A stretch of 64,000 nucleotides of DNA from Anaeramoeba ignava BMAN (Eukaryota; Protista; Anaeramoebae): positions 62,001 through 126,000 of the forward strand of contig JAPDFW010000129.1 of the NCBI GenBank assembly GCA_028826165.1, in the 5' to 3' direction. A model generated the notes under the pieces. It had not been told where the DNA came from. It made no database searches and worked only from the letters and a program-made list of their open reading frames with translations. Of this stretch, positions 1 to 11,302 are shown piece by piece. The first letter of the stretch is position 1, and each line of letters opens with the position of its first letter. The translations under genes and the position numbers were made by a program.

Positions 1-2006
1 CTTTCTTTTCTATTTAAAACACAACATTTATTCACAATACTATAAAAAGGATGGTCATTTGGAAGAACAGGAAACTTATTTTCAGAAAGAAGATAATTTG
101 AAATTTGATCTGAAGTTGATCCAAAAAAAGGGAGTTTTCGAGTTCCCAAATAAAATAAGATACAACCAAGTGAATAAATATCGGAGTCTTTTGAATATTC
201 TTGATGAAGAAATACTTCTGGAGGTGAAAAATTAGGGGACATTTCAAGCAAGTATTTCTCATTATTGATAAATTGAGGAATTTCAAAATCACAAATAAAA
301 ATTTTTTCCGCATTTGATTGAATCAATATATTTGTTGGCTTGAAGTTTTTATGGCAAGTTTCAGAGGAATGAAGAGAACGTAATGAGACGGCAATTTTGG
401 AAGCGAGCTTGATTTGAATATTCTCAGGAATTTCGTGATTTTGAATGACATAATCTTGCAGACTTCCTTCGGGGAAGTTTTTCATTGTTAAAAATAAAAA
501 AGGACCTTTAAAATAATATCCTTCATAAAAAACAAGGTTATCCTTTTCAATGACTTGCATTACTGAAAATATATCTGCCAACTGATTGTGGATGTCTTGC
601 TTTTCATTGAGAAACATGAGCAATTTTTCAATCTCTATTCTTTTGACAAAATATTCTTGATTGTCAATTTTCTCTTTGAAAATAATCGAAATTGGACCGG
701 CTCCAATCTGTTGTTTGAATGCAAACAACGCGGGAGAAATCCCGAAGTATTTCGACTTAATAATGTACTTGCAGTCGTGCAACGGAGAGGGGCTGTTTTG
801 AATCAAACGCATGATATTTTGGCGTGCTTTTTGGAATCTTGTTTGGAGATTGTAGAAATTTCCAATGCAAATATAGGCGTCCACAAATTTGGGGTCTTTT
901 TTCACGATTTCGTGGAAGATTTGGAGCGCCTCAATCACTTGACTTTTCCTTTTGGAAATCAAACCCAATTGGAATCGAGCATCGATGAAATTTGGGTTGA
1001 TTTTTAAAATTTTATTGAAACATCGCGATGATTGCTCCAAACTATTCATGCGATTAAAATTCAATCCAAGAAGAAACAACCCCGGTATTGATTCCTGGTT
1101 GATTTCAAGCACCTTTGTGAGATACTTGCTTGCTTTGTCGTATTTTTCTTGATCAAAACATATTTCTGACAAGTGGTAATTGCATTCATAAACAAGTTTA
1201 TTTTGAGACAAAACAAGTTTGAAATATTTTTCTGATTCTTTGAATTGATGGATTTTTTTCAATGCAACTGCAAGATTATAATAAATTTGGAAATCAACAT
1301 CCTTTGTTTTTTCAATATATTTTTGGAACATTTTGACTGATTTTTTAAACTGTTTGTCATAAAACAAACACAATGCAAATTTCAAAAGAAGAAACGGATT
1401 TTCGTTTTCATTTTCATTTTCAATCGAAATTGAAATTGCGATTGATAAAAAACTAATTGCAAGTTGATAATTTTTTTCGCGAAAATAAATATCGCCAAGA
1501 ATATGAGAAGATATAAATCTGTGCTTTTGATTTTGCGAATTCCTCGCCACAAATTTAAATTGGGCCATTGCTTTGGTAAGATATGACTTATCCAGATGGT
1601 AATAAATAGTTCCCAAAAAATAATGTATTTCTTCACAATTTGGTTCAATTAAAAGTGCTTTCTTTAAATATTCAATTGCAATATCATATTGTTTTTTTTC
1701 TGCGAAAATCAATCCAAGATAAAAATAACTTTTATAAAATGTTTCATCAAGATTCAACAAGTTGAAAAAGTGCTGAATTGCTTTTTCATATTTCCTTTGT
1801 TTATAATAAATCACTGCAAGATGAAATAACGGATTGACAGCTTCCGTTGAATTTTTTGCAAATTTAATTGCTTTTTGAAAAAATTGAATTGCTTTTTCAT
1901 ATTTTTTTTGTTTATACAATAAAATTCCAAATGAAAGATATGATTGAATCATTAAAGTATTTTGTTCTTTTGGAATTGAATAAGGAATAATTGTTTCTTC
2001 ATTCAT
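1..2006 (-). CDS. TPR-repeat protein with C-terminal protein-kinase-like (pseudokinase) domain; 3' end runs off the window
   Basis: Not in the ORF track because there is no stop inside the window. Manual translation from ATG 2006: MNEETIIPYS...GILLYKQKKYEKAIQFFQKAI...LAVIYYKQRKYEKAIQHF (TPRs), then QIGAGPISIIFK, YFVKRI, EGSLQDY, CHKNFKPTNILI, ICDFE, FSPPEVF, DIYSLGCILF (kinase subdomains I-IX). Confidence 0.88.
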   Translation of the reverse strand, partial: MNEETIIPYSIPKEQNTLMIQSYLSFGILLYKQKKYEKAIQFFQKAIKFAKNSTEAVNPLFHLAVIYYKQRKYEKAIQHFFNLLNLDETFYKSYFYLGLIFAEKKQYDIAIEYLKKALLIEPNCEEIHYFLGTIYYHLDKSYLTKAMAQFKFVARNSQNQKHRFISSHILGDIYFREKNYQLAISFLSIAISISIENENENENPFLLLKFALCLFYDKQFKKSVKMFQKYIEKTKDVDFQIYYNLAVALKKIHQFKESEKYFKLVLSQNKLVYECNYHLSEICFDQEKYDKASKYLTKVLEINQESIPGLFLLGLNFNRMNSLEQSSRCFNKILKINPNFIDARFQLGLISKRKSQVIEALQIFHEIVKKDPKFVDAYICIGNFYNLQTRFQKARQNIMRLIQNSPSPLHDCKYIIKSKYFGISPALFAFKQQIGAGPISIIFKEKIDNQEYFVKRIEIEKLLMFLNEKQDIHNQLADIFSVMQVIEKDNLVFYEGYYFKGPFLFLTMKNFPEGSLQDYVIQNHEIPENIQIKLASKIAVSLRSLHSSETCHKNFKPTNILIQSNAEKIFICDFEIPQFINNEKYLLEMSPNFSPPEVFLHQEYSKDSDIYSLGCILFYLGTRKLPFFGSTSDQISNYLLSENKFPVLPNDHPFYSIVNKCCVLNRKE

Positions 2007-2120
2007 TTTTTAATTTTTTAAATTTAAAAAAAAAAATGAAAATTAAAAAAGGAGAAAAATTTTTTTTTCATTTTTTTTTTCTCTTTTTTAAAAAAAAAAT
2101 AATTTTATTAATTTCTAATT

Positions 2121-3705
2121 ATGGTTATTGGTTATCACGCAAGTAAAGGACTTAGTATTATTATTGCTTTTCTTTTTCCATCTTACAGATCTTATAAAGC
2201 AGTTAAAACACCTGATAAAGGAGATGATACAGAAGTATAACAAAAATTATAATTAAATTTTTTCAATTAAATTTTAATTTTTATTTTTATTTTTATTTTT
2301 ATTTTTATTTAGTGGGTTTGATTTTAAATTTTAAATTTTAATTTTTAAATTTTAATTTTAATTTTAATTTTCCTTTTTTTTAGCTTGTAAATTATTTTTA
2401 ATTCTTTATTGTTAATTTTAATTTTTAATTTTAAATTTTTTTTGATAGATTTGTAAAAAATTTTAATTAAATTTTAATTTTAATTTTAATTTTTAATTTT
2501 AATTTTTAATAATTTTTTTAGATTGGACAATAACGTAAAAAATAAATTATCAATTAAATTATAATTTTTTTAAATATTTCATTCTTATTCTTCTTCAATT
2601 ATTTTCTTTATAGTGCCTTCTTTACCTTTTTTGAATTTTTTGCTGATTATTGTTTGCAAATATTTCTTTTATTTTTTTTTATTTTAAAAATTTAAATTTT
2701 AAATTAAAAAATTTTTATTATTTTTAAAAATTAAAATAGTGGTTAATTGGATTCCTTTATATTATGAACTGTATTTAAAAATTAATTTAAAATTTAGAGA
2801 GGAAATAATTTTAATTTTTTAATTTTAATTTCTTTTACAATTTTAAAGGAAAATTTTAATTTTTGGTTTTAATTTTAAAAGGAAAATTGTTTTTTAATTT
2901 AATTTTATTTTAATTTTAATTTTAATTTTAATTTTAATTTTAATTTTAATTTTAATTTATTTAATTTTTAATTTTAATTTAATTTTAATTTTAATTTTAA
3001 TTTTAATTTTAATAATTTTTAATTAATTTTTAATTTTAATTTTAATTTTAATTTTAATTTTAATTTTTAATTTTAATTTTAATTTTAATTTTAATTTTAA
3101 TTTTAATTTTAATTTTAATTTTAATTTTAATTTTAATTTTAATTTTAATTTTAATTTTAATTTTAATTTTATTTAATTTTAATTTTAATTTTAATTTTAA
3201 TTTTTAATTTTTAATTTTAATTTTAATTTTAATTTTAATTTTAATTTTAATTTTTAATTTTAATTTTTAATTTTAATTTTAATTTTAATTTTAATTTTAA
3301 TTTTAATTTTAATTTTAATTTTAATTTTAATTTTAATTTTAATTTTAATTTATTTAATTTTAATTTTAATTTTAATTAGGGATCTCAATTACTTTGGAAA
3401 GTAAAATTTTATTAAATAATTTTATTGCAAAATAATTTTATATAAATATTTTTTTATTAAATAAAGCATGTTGTTGAACCTTTCCTTGATAAAAGATCAA
3501 AAGATATTGATCAAAAATTAGTTCAAGCAACAGAATATATTACAAAAAAAGCACTTCAAGGAAGAAAAAAAATGGAGGTTAATTTTTATATTAAATTAAT
3601 TATTAAATTAAATTAATTAAATTAAATTAATTTATTTATTTTTAGACGGTAGCTGAAGATCAAATGATTGATAGTTTTAAGAAAAATGCTGGACTTAAAG
3701 ATTAA
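2121..3705 (+). CDS. REEP/Yop1/TB2-DP1-HVA22 family ER-shaping protein, about 11 exons including micro-exons
   Basis: Exons 2121-2234, 2313-2315, 2384-2386, 2449-2452, 2522-2534, 2614-2651, 2740-2770, (2849 or 2882)-2888, 3380-3400, 3467-3577, 3646-3705, all GT-AG. They splice in frame to ...FLFPSYRSYKAVKTPDKGDDTEWLIYWTITAFFTFFEFFADYLVNWIPLYYELK...GSQLLWKHVVEPFL..., matching the family YPxYxSxKA...DDxxWLxYW...WxPxYY signature. Confidence 0.88.
2890..3378. repeat. (AATTTT)n hexamer microsatellite inside a REEP intron
   Basis: About 490 bp of A/T-only AATTTT repeats. Confidence 0.95.
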
Positions 3706-3940
3706 AACAATTTAATCAAAAAAAAATTCATTCTTCTTTTTTTGATTTTTCAATTCAATTCAATTTTTCTTTTTTTTTCTTTTTTTTCTTTTAATCAAAT
3801 TCAAAACAAAAAAGCAAATAAACAATTCAATCCAAAATAAAAAAATAAAATAAAAAAAAAGCAAATAAAAAATTTGGAATTTATTCTTTTTTTGGATAAA
3901 TCAAAAAAAAAAAAAGCAAATAAAAATTAATATTTTCTTT

Positions 3941-6541
3941 TCAACAACATTTCTTTTTTTTTTGTGGAGGTTCATTTGGAGAATCAATTTTAATTTGAGG
4001 TTCTTGTTGTCTCCAATTTTTAAGTTTAAATTTTTTTAAAATTGTAGAAGCAAGAAGAACAAAAGCATTTTCAACATTAGTAGAATTTTTTGCACTTGTT
4101 TCAAGAAAAGGAATTTCTGTTTGATTAGAAAAATTTTGTGCAATTTCTGTTTTAACCATTTTTTGATTTTCAAGATCACATTTATTTCCAACAATCATTT
4201 TTATTACTTCTGATTCTGCATTTGTTTCAACTTCATTTATCCAATGTCCAATATTTTCAAAAGATTGTGGATTAGTAACATCATAAACAATAATTACACC
4301 TTTTGCTCCTCTAAAAAAAATTAATTCAAATTAATTAAAAAAAAAAGTGGAATAAAAAATTTTTACCGATAATAACTTGATGTTATTGTTTTAAATCTTT
4401 CTTGTCCAGCAGTATCCCACTATAAAATTATTTATAAAATTATTTATAAAATTAATTTAAAAAAATTATTTATAAAATTATTTATAAAATTAATTATAAA
4501 ATTATTTATAAAATTATTTATAAAATATAAAATTATTTATAAAATTATATATAAAATTATTTATAAAATTATTTATAAAATTAATTATAAAATTAATTAT
4601 AAAATTATATATAAAATTATTTATAAAATTATTTATAAAATTATTTATAAAATTATATATAAAATTATATATAAAATTAAATATAAAATTAAATATAAAA
4701 TTAAATATAAAATTAAATATAAAATTAAATATAAAATTATTAATAAAATTATTTATAAAATTAAATTTATAAAAAAATATAAAATTAATTATATAAAATT
4801 AAATATAAAATTATTTATAAAAATTATTTATAAAATTATTTATAAAATTAAATATAAAAAATTAAAATATTAATAAAATTATTTATAAAATTATTAATAA
4901 AATTAAATATAAAATTATTTATAAAATTATATATAAAATTAAATATAAAATTATTTATAAAATTAATTATAAAATTATATATAAAATTATTTATAAAATT
5001 ATATATAAAATTGTTTATAAAATTATTTATAAAATTATTTATAAAATTAAATTTTTATAAAATTATTTATAAAATTATTTATAAAATTATATATAAAATC
5101 ATATATATAAAAATTATTTATATAAAAATTATTATAAAAAAATTTATATAAAATTATTTATAAAATTATTTATAAAATTATTTATAAAAATTAAATATAT
5201 AAAATTAAATATATAAAATTATTATATAAAATTATTAATAAAATTAAATATAAAATTATTTATAAAATTATATATAAAATTATATAAAATTATATATAAA
5301 TATAAAATTATTTATAAAATTAATTATAAAATTATATATAAAATTATTTATAAAATTAATTATAAAATTATTTTATAAAATTATAAAATTATTTATAAAA
5401 ATTATTTATAAAATTATTTATAAAAATTATTTATAAAATTATATATAAAATTAAATATAAAATTATTTATAAAATTAAATATAAAATTATTTATAAAATT
5501 ATTTATAAAATTATTTATAAAATTATTTATAAAATTATATATAAAATTATTTATAAAATTAAATATAAAATTATTTATAAAATTATATATAAAATTTATA
5601 TAAAAATTTATATAAAATTATTTATAAAATTATATATAAAATTATATATAAAATTATATATAAAAATTATTTATATATAAAATTATATATAAAATTATAT
5701 ATAAAATTATTTATAAAAATTATATATAAAATTATTTATAAAATTATATATAAAATTATTTATAAAATTAAATATAAATTAATTATAAAAATTTATAAAA
5801 ATTAAATATAAAATTATTTATAAAAAATTAATTAAATATAAAATTAAAATATTTATAAAATTAATTATAAAATTAAATATAAAATTATTTATAAATTCAT
5901 TTGTAAATTCATTTGTAAATTCATTTGTAAATTCATTTGTAAATTCATTTGTAAATTCATTTGTAAATTCATTTGTAAATTCATTTGTAAATTCATTTGT
6001 AAATTCATTTGTAAATTCATTTGTAAATTCATTTGTAAATTCATTTGTAAATTCATTTGTAAATTCATTTGTAAATTCGTTTATAAATTTGAGAATGGAA
6101 AAAAATCCAATTAAATCATTAAAAGTTAAAAAGAATTTGTTTACAATTTGAAGTTTAATTTTTTGACCATCTTTTTCTATTGTTTTAATTTTCTAATAAA
6201 AAACAAAATTAAACAAAAATAATAATAATAATAATTAATTTGAATTTTCTTACAAAATCAACTCCAATTGTTGGATTATAACTGTCTTGAAATCTATCAT
6301 CCTTTTTTTTGTTAAATTAAATAATAAAAAATTATTTAAAAAGAAAAATTTATAATAATTATTATTTTTACTGCAAATCTTAATAATAAACTACTTTTTC
6401 CAACAGCTATTTTTATTTAAAAAAATTTTTTCAATTAAAAATTTTTTTCAATTTTTTTTTATGTATTTTTAATCATTTTTTACCAATATCCCCAACTAAT
6501 AAAATTTTAAGAAGATAATCATAATCATAAGTTTGAGCCAT
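3941..6541 (-). CDS. Rab GTPase, Rab1-like, 6 exons
   Basis: Exons 6541-6484, 6406-6372, 6301-6254, 6192-6145, 4419-4367, 4310-3941 give [85 protein letters not shown]...GNKCD...ETSAK...KKKKCC (G1-G5 motifs, RabF motifs, CC prenylation tail). Confidence 0.93.
4421..6090. repeat. 12-bp tandem repeats filling the 1.7-kb Rab intron 4: degenerate TATAAAATTATT, then near-perfect TGTAAATTCATT
   Basis: Directly visible periodicity; the unit switches at about 5895. Confidence 0.95.
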
Positions 6542-6599
6542 TTAAGTAAAAAAAATACAACAAAAACAGAAAAAGAAAAAAAGAAAAAAAGAAAAAAAT

Positions 6600-6637
6600 G
6601 ATTTTTATTTTTTCATTTTTTTCATTTTAAATAAAAA
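6600..6637 (+). promoter_or_regulatory. Example of the recurrent TTTTTCATTTT (initiator-like) motif just upstream of the ATG
   Basis: tttttcatttttttcattttaaataaaaaATG; similar motifs precede most start codons in the window on the coding strand. Confidence 0.5.
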
Positions 6638-8161
6638 ATGGAAACTTATTCAAATTTAGAAAAACTTTCAAATGATTTAAAAAATTTATTTCAAAATCAA
6701 AATGAAAATGAAAATGAAGAAGAAAGTTATTTTGATTTTGAAATAATTTGTGAACAAAATCAAGTTTCATTTAAAACTCATAAATCAATTCTTTCTTCAA
6801 GAAGTTATTATTTTAAAACTCTTTTTAAATCTAAAATGAAAGAATATCAAGAAAATAAAATGATTCTAAAAGATGTTTCAAGTTCAATTCTATCTTCAAT
6901 TTTAAATTATTTTTATTCAGGAAAAATTGAAATTAATTTAGAAAATGCAATTCAAATTTTAATTTTTTCATCAAAATATTTAATTGATGAATTAATTGAA
7001 ATTTCTTCAAATTTTATCAAAAAGAATCTACAATTTGAAACTATTATTGATATTCTTAAATTATCTGAAACAATGAACTTAAATCAATTATTAAATTCTT
7101 GTTATCAATTTATTTCTGAAAATCTTGATAAATTTATCAAAACTCCATTTTTTTTTGAACTTGAAGAAAATCATTTAAATTTTATTTTATTAAATGATAT
7201 TATTCCAATAAATGAATTTGAACTATTCCAATCAATAATAAAATGGGGAAAACATAAATCAAATATTAATCAAGAAAAAGAAAATCAAAATATTGAAAAA
7301 GAAGAAAAAGAAAAATTTCAAAATCAAATTTCAAATATTATTAATAAAATCAGATTTATTGATTTCACAAAACAAGAACTTAAAGATACTTTGAAAGAAG
7401 ATTTAATTCCAAGTCAAATTTCAGAAAAATTAATTCAATTCCAAATATTTCAAAATCACAAAAATGAAACAAATTTTCAAGAATTTATTGAAAAAGAATT
7501 TCAAAATGAAAATTCATACATTTTCAAAACAAGATTCAAATCATCCATAATTCAAGAAAAAGACCATATTGATAAATTAAGAGAATGGATAAATGATGAT
7601 AATTTCTTTTTAAAAATGAAGTTAAGATATTCAACAAAAAAAGAAGGAATTGATTGTAAAAAATGGCATTCAATTTGTGATAATAAAGGAAAAACATTAG
7701 TTGTTATTAAATCCAAAGATAATTTTATTTTTGGAGGATTTACTTCAGTTGGATGGATAAGTGATGAATCAAAATGGTCACGTATTTATGGAAATGATGG
7801 ATATATTTCAGATCCACATGCATTTATTTTCTCCTTAAGAAATGATAAGAATGATCGAAAACCTGAGAGATTTAAAATTAAACAAAAAAGAAAAGATTAT
7901 GCAATTTCTTATAATCAACATTTTGGTCCAAATTTTGGAGGAGAAAATCCTTATAAAAGTTATCTTTATTTTAATTTTAATTTACAACAAGGTAAAAGTC
8001 ATGATTTTTGTTTTAATTCTAATTTAAAACAAGGTGATTCAAATTTTGGACATACTTATAATTTATCTAATGATATTAAATACAAAACAAATGAACCCAA
8101 AAATTATTTAGCAGGTTCTTCTTCATTTGAAATTGAAGAACTTGAAACTTTTTTCATTTAA
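6638..8161 (+). CDS. BTB-BACK-TLDc protein, copy 1 (intact, 507 aa)
   Basis: BTB: FDFEIIC...FKTHKSILSSRSYYFKTLF...ILNYFYSG; BACK: NEFELFQSIIKWG...IRF; TLDc: WHSICDNKGKTLVVIKS...IFGGFT...AFIFSL...GPNFGG...ELETF. Confidence 0.92.
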   Translation: METYSNLEKLSNDLKNLFQNQNENENEEESYFDFEIICEQNQVSFKTHKSILSSRSYYFKTLFKSKMKEYQENKMILKDVSSSILSSILNYFYSGKIEINLENAIQILIFSSKYLIDELIEISSNFIKKNLQFETIIDILKLSETMNLNQLLNSCYQFISENLDKFIKTPFFFELEENHLNFILLNDIIPINEFELFQSIIKWGKHKSNINQEKENQNIEKEEKEKFQNQISNIINKIRFIDFTKQELKDTLKEDLIPSQISEKLIQFQIFQNHKNETNFQEFIEKEFQNENSYIFKTRFKSSIIQEKDHIDKLREWINDDNFFLKMKLRYSTKKEGIDCKKWHSICDNKGKTLVVIKSKDNFIFGGFTSVGWISDESKWSRIYGNDGYISDPHAFIFSLRNDKNDRKPERFKIKQKRKDYAISYNQHFGPNFGGENPYKSYLYFNFNLQQGKSHDFCFNSNLKQGDSNFGHTYNLSNDIKYKTNEPKNYLAGSSSFEIEELETFFI

Positions 8162-8217
8162 AAAATTTTATTTTTTTGATTTTTTCATTTTTTCATTTTT
8201 TTCATTTCAAATAAAAA

Positions 8218-9768
8218 ATGGAAACTTATTCAAATTTAGAAAAACTTTCAAATGATTTAAAAAATTTATTTCAAAATCAAAATCAAAATGAAAATGAAAA
8301 TGAAAGTTATTTTGATTTTGAAATAATTTGTGAACAAAATCAAACTTTCATTTAAAACTCATAAATCAATTCTTTCTTCAAGAAGTTATTATTTTAAAAC
8401 TCTTTTCAAATCCAAAATGAAAGAATATCAAGAAAATAAAATGATTCTAAAAGATGTTTCAAGTTCAATTCTATCTTCAATTTTAAATTATTTTTATTCA
8501 GGAAAAATTGAAATTAATTTAGAAAATGTTGTTGAAATTTTAATTTTTTCATCAAAATATTTAATTGATGAATTAATTGAAATTTCTTTAAATTTTATCA
8601 AAAACAATTTACAATTTGAAACTATTGTTGATATTCTTAAAATATCTGAAACAATGAACTTAAATCAATTATTGGATTCTTTGCTTATCAATTTATTTTT
8701 GAAAATCTTGATAAATTTATCAAAACTTCATTTTTTCTTGAACTTGAAGAAAATCATTTAAATTTTATTTTATTAAATGATGATATTATTCCAATAAATG
8801 AATTTGAACTATTTCAATCAATAATAAAATGGGGAAAACATAAATCAAATATTAATCAAGAAAAAGAATTAGAAAAAGAAGAAAAAGAAAAATTTCAAAA
8901 TCAAATTTCAAATATTATTAATAAAATCAGATTTATTGATTTCACAAAACAAGAACTTAAAGATACTTTGAAAGAAGATTTAATTCCAAATCAAATTTCA
9001 CAAAAATTAATTTATTTCCAAAAACTTCAAGAAAATGAAAATGAAACAAATTTTCAAGAATTTATTCAAAAAGAAAATCAAAATGAAAATTCATTCATTT
9101 TCCAATCAAGATTCAAATCATCCATAATTCAAGAAAAAGAGCATATTGATAAATTAAGAGAATGGATAAATGATGATAATTTCTTTTTAAAAATGAAGTT
9201 AGGATATTCAACAAAAAAAGAAGGAATTGATTGTGAAAAATGGCATTCAATTTGTGATAATAAAGGAAAAACATTAGTTATTATTAAATCCAAAAATAAT
9301 TTTATTTTTGGAGGATTTACTTCAATTGGATTTACAAATGATGAATCAAAATGGTCAGATAATTATGGAAATAATGGATATATTTCAGATCCAAATGCAT
9401 TTATTTTCTCCTTAAGAAATGATAAGAATGATAGAAAACCTGAGAGATTTAAAATTAAACAAAAAAGAAAAGATTATGCAATTTATTATAATCAACATTT
9501 TGGTCCAAATTTTGGAGGAGAAAATCCTTATAAAAGTTATCTTTATTTTAATTTTAATTTACAACAAGGTGATTCAAATTTTGGAGGAGAAAATCTTTAT
9601 AAAAGTCATGATTTTTGTTTTAATTTTAATTTACAAAAAGGTGATTCAAATTTTGGACATACTTATAATTTACCTAATGATATTAAATATAAAACAAATG
9701 AATCCAAAAATTATTTAGCTGGTTCTTCTTCATTTGAAATTGAAGAACTTGAAACTTTTTTTATTTAA
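8218..9768 (+). CDS. BTB-BACK-TLDc protein, copy 2 (frameshifts near 8345 and 8685; assembly error or pseudogene)
   Basis: ATG 8218 with the same METYSNLEKL start; ORF pieces 8330-8761 and 8968-9768 are near-identical to copy 1. Confidence 0.85.
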
Positions 9769-9820
9769 AAAAATTTTTTTTTTCATTTTTTTCATTTTTT
9801 CATTTTTTCATTTCAAATAA

Positions 9821-11255
9821 ATGGAAACTTATTCAAATTTAGAAAAACTTTCAAATGATTTAAAAAATTTATTTCAAAATCAAAATCAAAATGAAAATGA
9901 AGATGAAAGTTATTTTGATTTTGAAATAATTTGTGAACAAAATCAAGTTTCATTTAAAACTCATAAATCAATTCTTTCTTCAAGAAGTTATTATTTTAAA
10001 ACTCTTTTCAAATCTAAAATGAAAGAATTTCAAGAAAATAAAATGATTCTAAAAGATGTTTCAAGTCCAATTCTATCTTCAATTTTAAATTATTTTTATT
10101 CAGGAAAAATTGAAATTAATTTAGAAAATGCAATTCAAATTTTAATTTTTTCATCAAAATATTTAATTGATGAATTAATTGAAATTTCTTCAAATTTTAT
10201 CAAAAAGCATTTACAAATTGAAACTATTGTTGATATTCTTAAATTATCTGAAACAATGAACTTAAATCAATTATTGGATTCTTGTTATCAATTTATTTCT
10301 GAAAATTTTGATAAATTTATCAAAACTCCATTTTTTCTTGAACTTGAAGAAAATCATTTAAATTTTATTTTATTAAATTATGAAATTCCAATAAGTGAAT
10401 TTGAACTATTTCAATCAATAATAAAATGGGGAAAACATAAATCAAATATTAATCAAGAAAAAGATAATCAAAAACTCAAAAAAAAAGAAAAAGAAAAATT
10501 TCAAGATCAAATTTCAAATATTATTCATAAAATCAGATTTATTGATTTCTCAAAACAAGAACTCGAAGATATTTTAAAAGAAGATTTAATTCCAATTCAA
10601 ATTTCACAAAAATTAATTTATTTCCAAATACTTCAAAATCCTAAAAATGAAACAAAACTTCCAAGAATTTATTGGAAATGAAAATGAAAATTCATACATT
10701 TTCAAACCAAGACGGGAATTCAAATCATCCATAATTCAAGAAAAAGAGAATATTGATAAATTAAGAGAATGGATAAATGATGATAATTTCTTTTTCAAAA
10801 TGAAGTTAGGATTTTCAGCCAAAAGAGATGGATTTGATTATAAAAAATGGCATAATATTTGCGATGATAAAGGAAAAACATTAATTATTATTCAAACAAA
10901 AGATAATTTTATTTTTGGAGGATTTACTCAATTTGGATGGATTTCAGGAAAAGAAGATAGATGGACTGCTGATTCAAAAGCTTTTCTTTTCTCGATAAAA
11001 AATCCCAAAAACGATCGACCTCAAAAATTTCCTGTGAGAAAAAGTAGTCAACAACATGCTATTAGATATGCTTATGATCGAGGTCCAATTTTTGGAGGAG
11101 ATATTAAATTAGTTCAAAATCTTCAACCTTATGGTATGTTTTTTGGAAACTCTTATACTCTCCCAAAAGGTATTTCATCAGGCACAGAAGAAGCTTTTGA
11201 TTATTTAGCAGGTTCTTCTCCTAAAATTACAGAACTTGAAACTTTTTTCATTTAA
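9821..11255 (+). CDS. BTB-BACK-TLDc protein, copy 3 (one frameshift near 10658; divergent TLDc C-half)
   Basis: ORFs 9821-10681 and 10647-11255 are colinear with copy 1. Confidence 0.87.
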
Positions 11256-11302
11256 AAAAAATTTTATTTTGATTTCTCAAAAAAAAATAAAAATAAAAGG
11301 AT

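Noticed and set aside
32-1648. Short track ORFs 32-313, 588-1007, 952-1152, 1382-1648
   Set aside because: Shadow frames of the long minus-strand TPR-pseudokinase ORF.
3800-3930. Repeated AAAAGCAAATAAA motif between the convergent REEP and Rab 3' ends as a 3'-processing signal
   Set aside because: Similar AAAGCAAA strings also occur upstream of the kinase ATG; complexity is too low to assign a function without transcript-end data.
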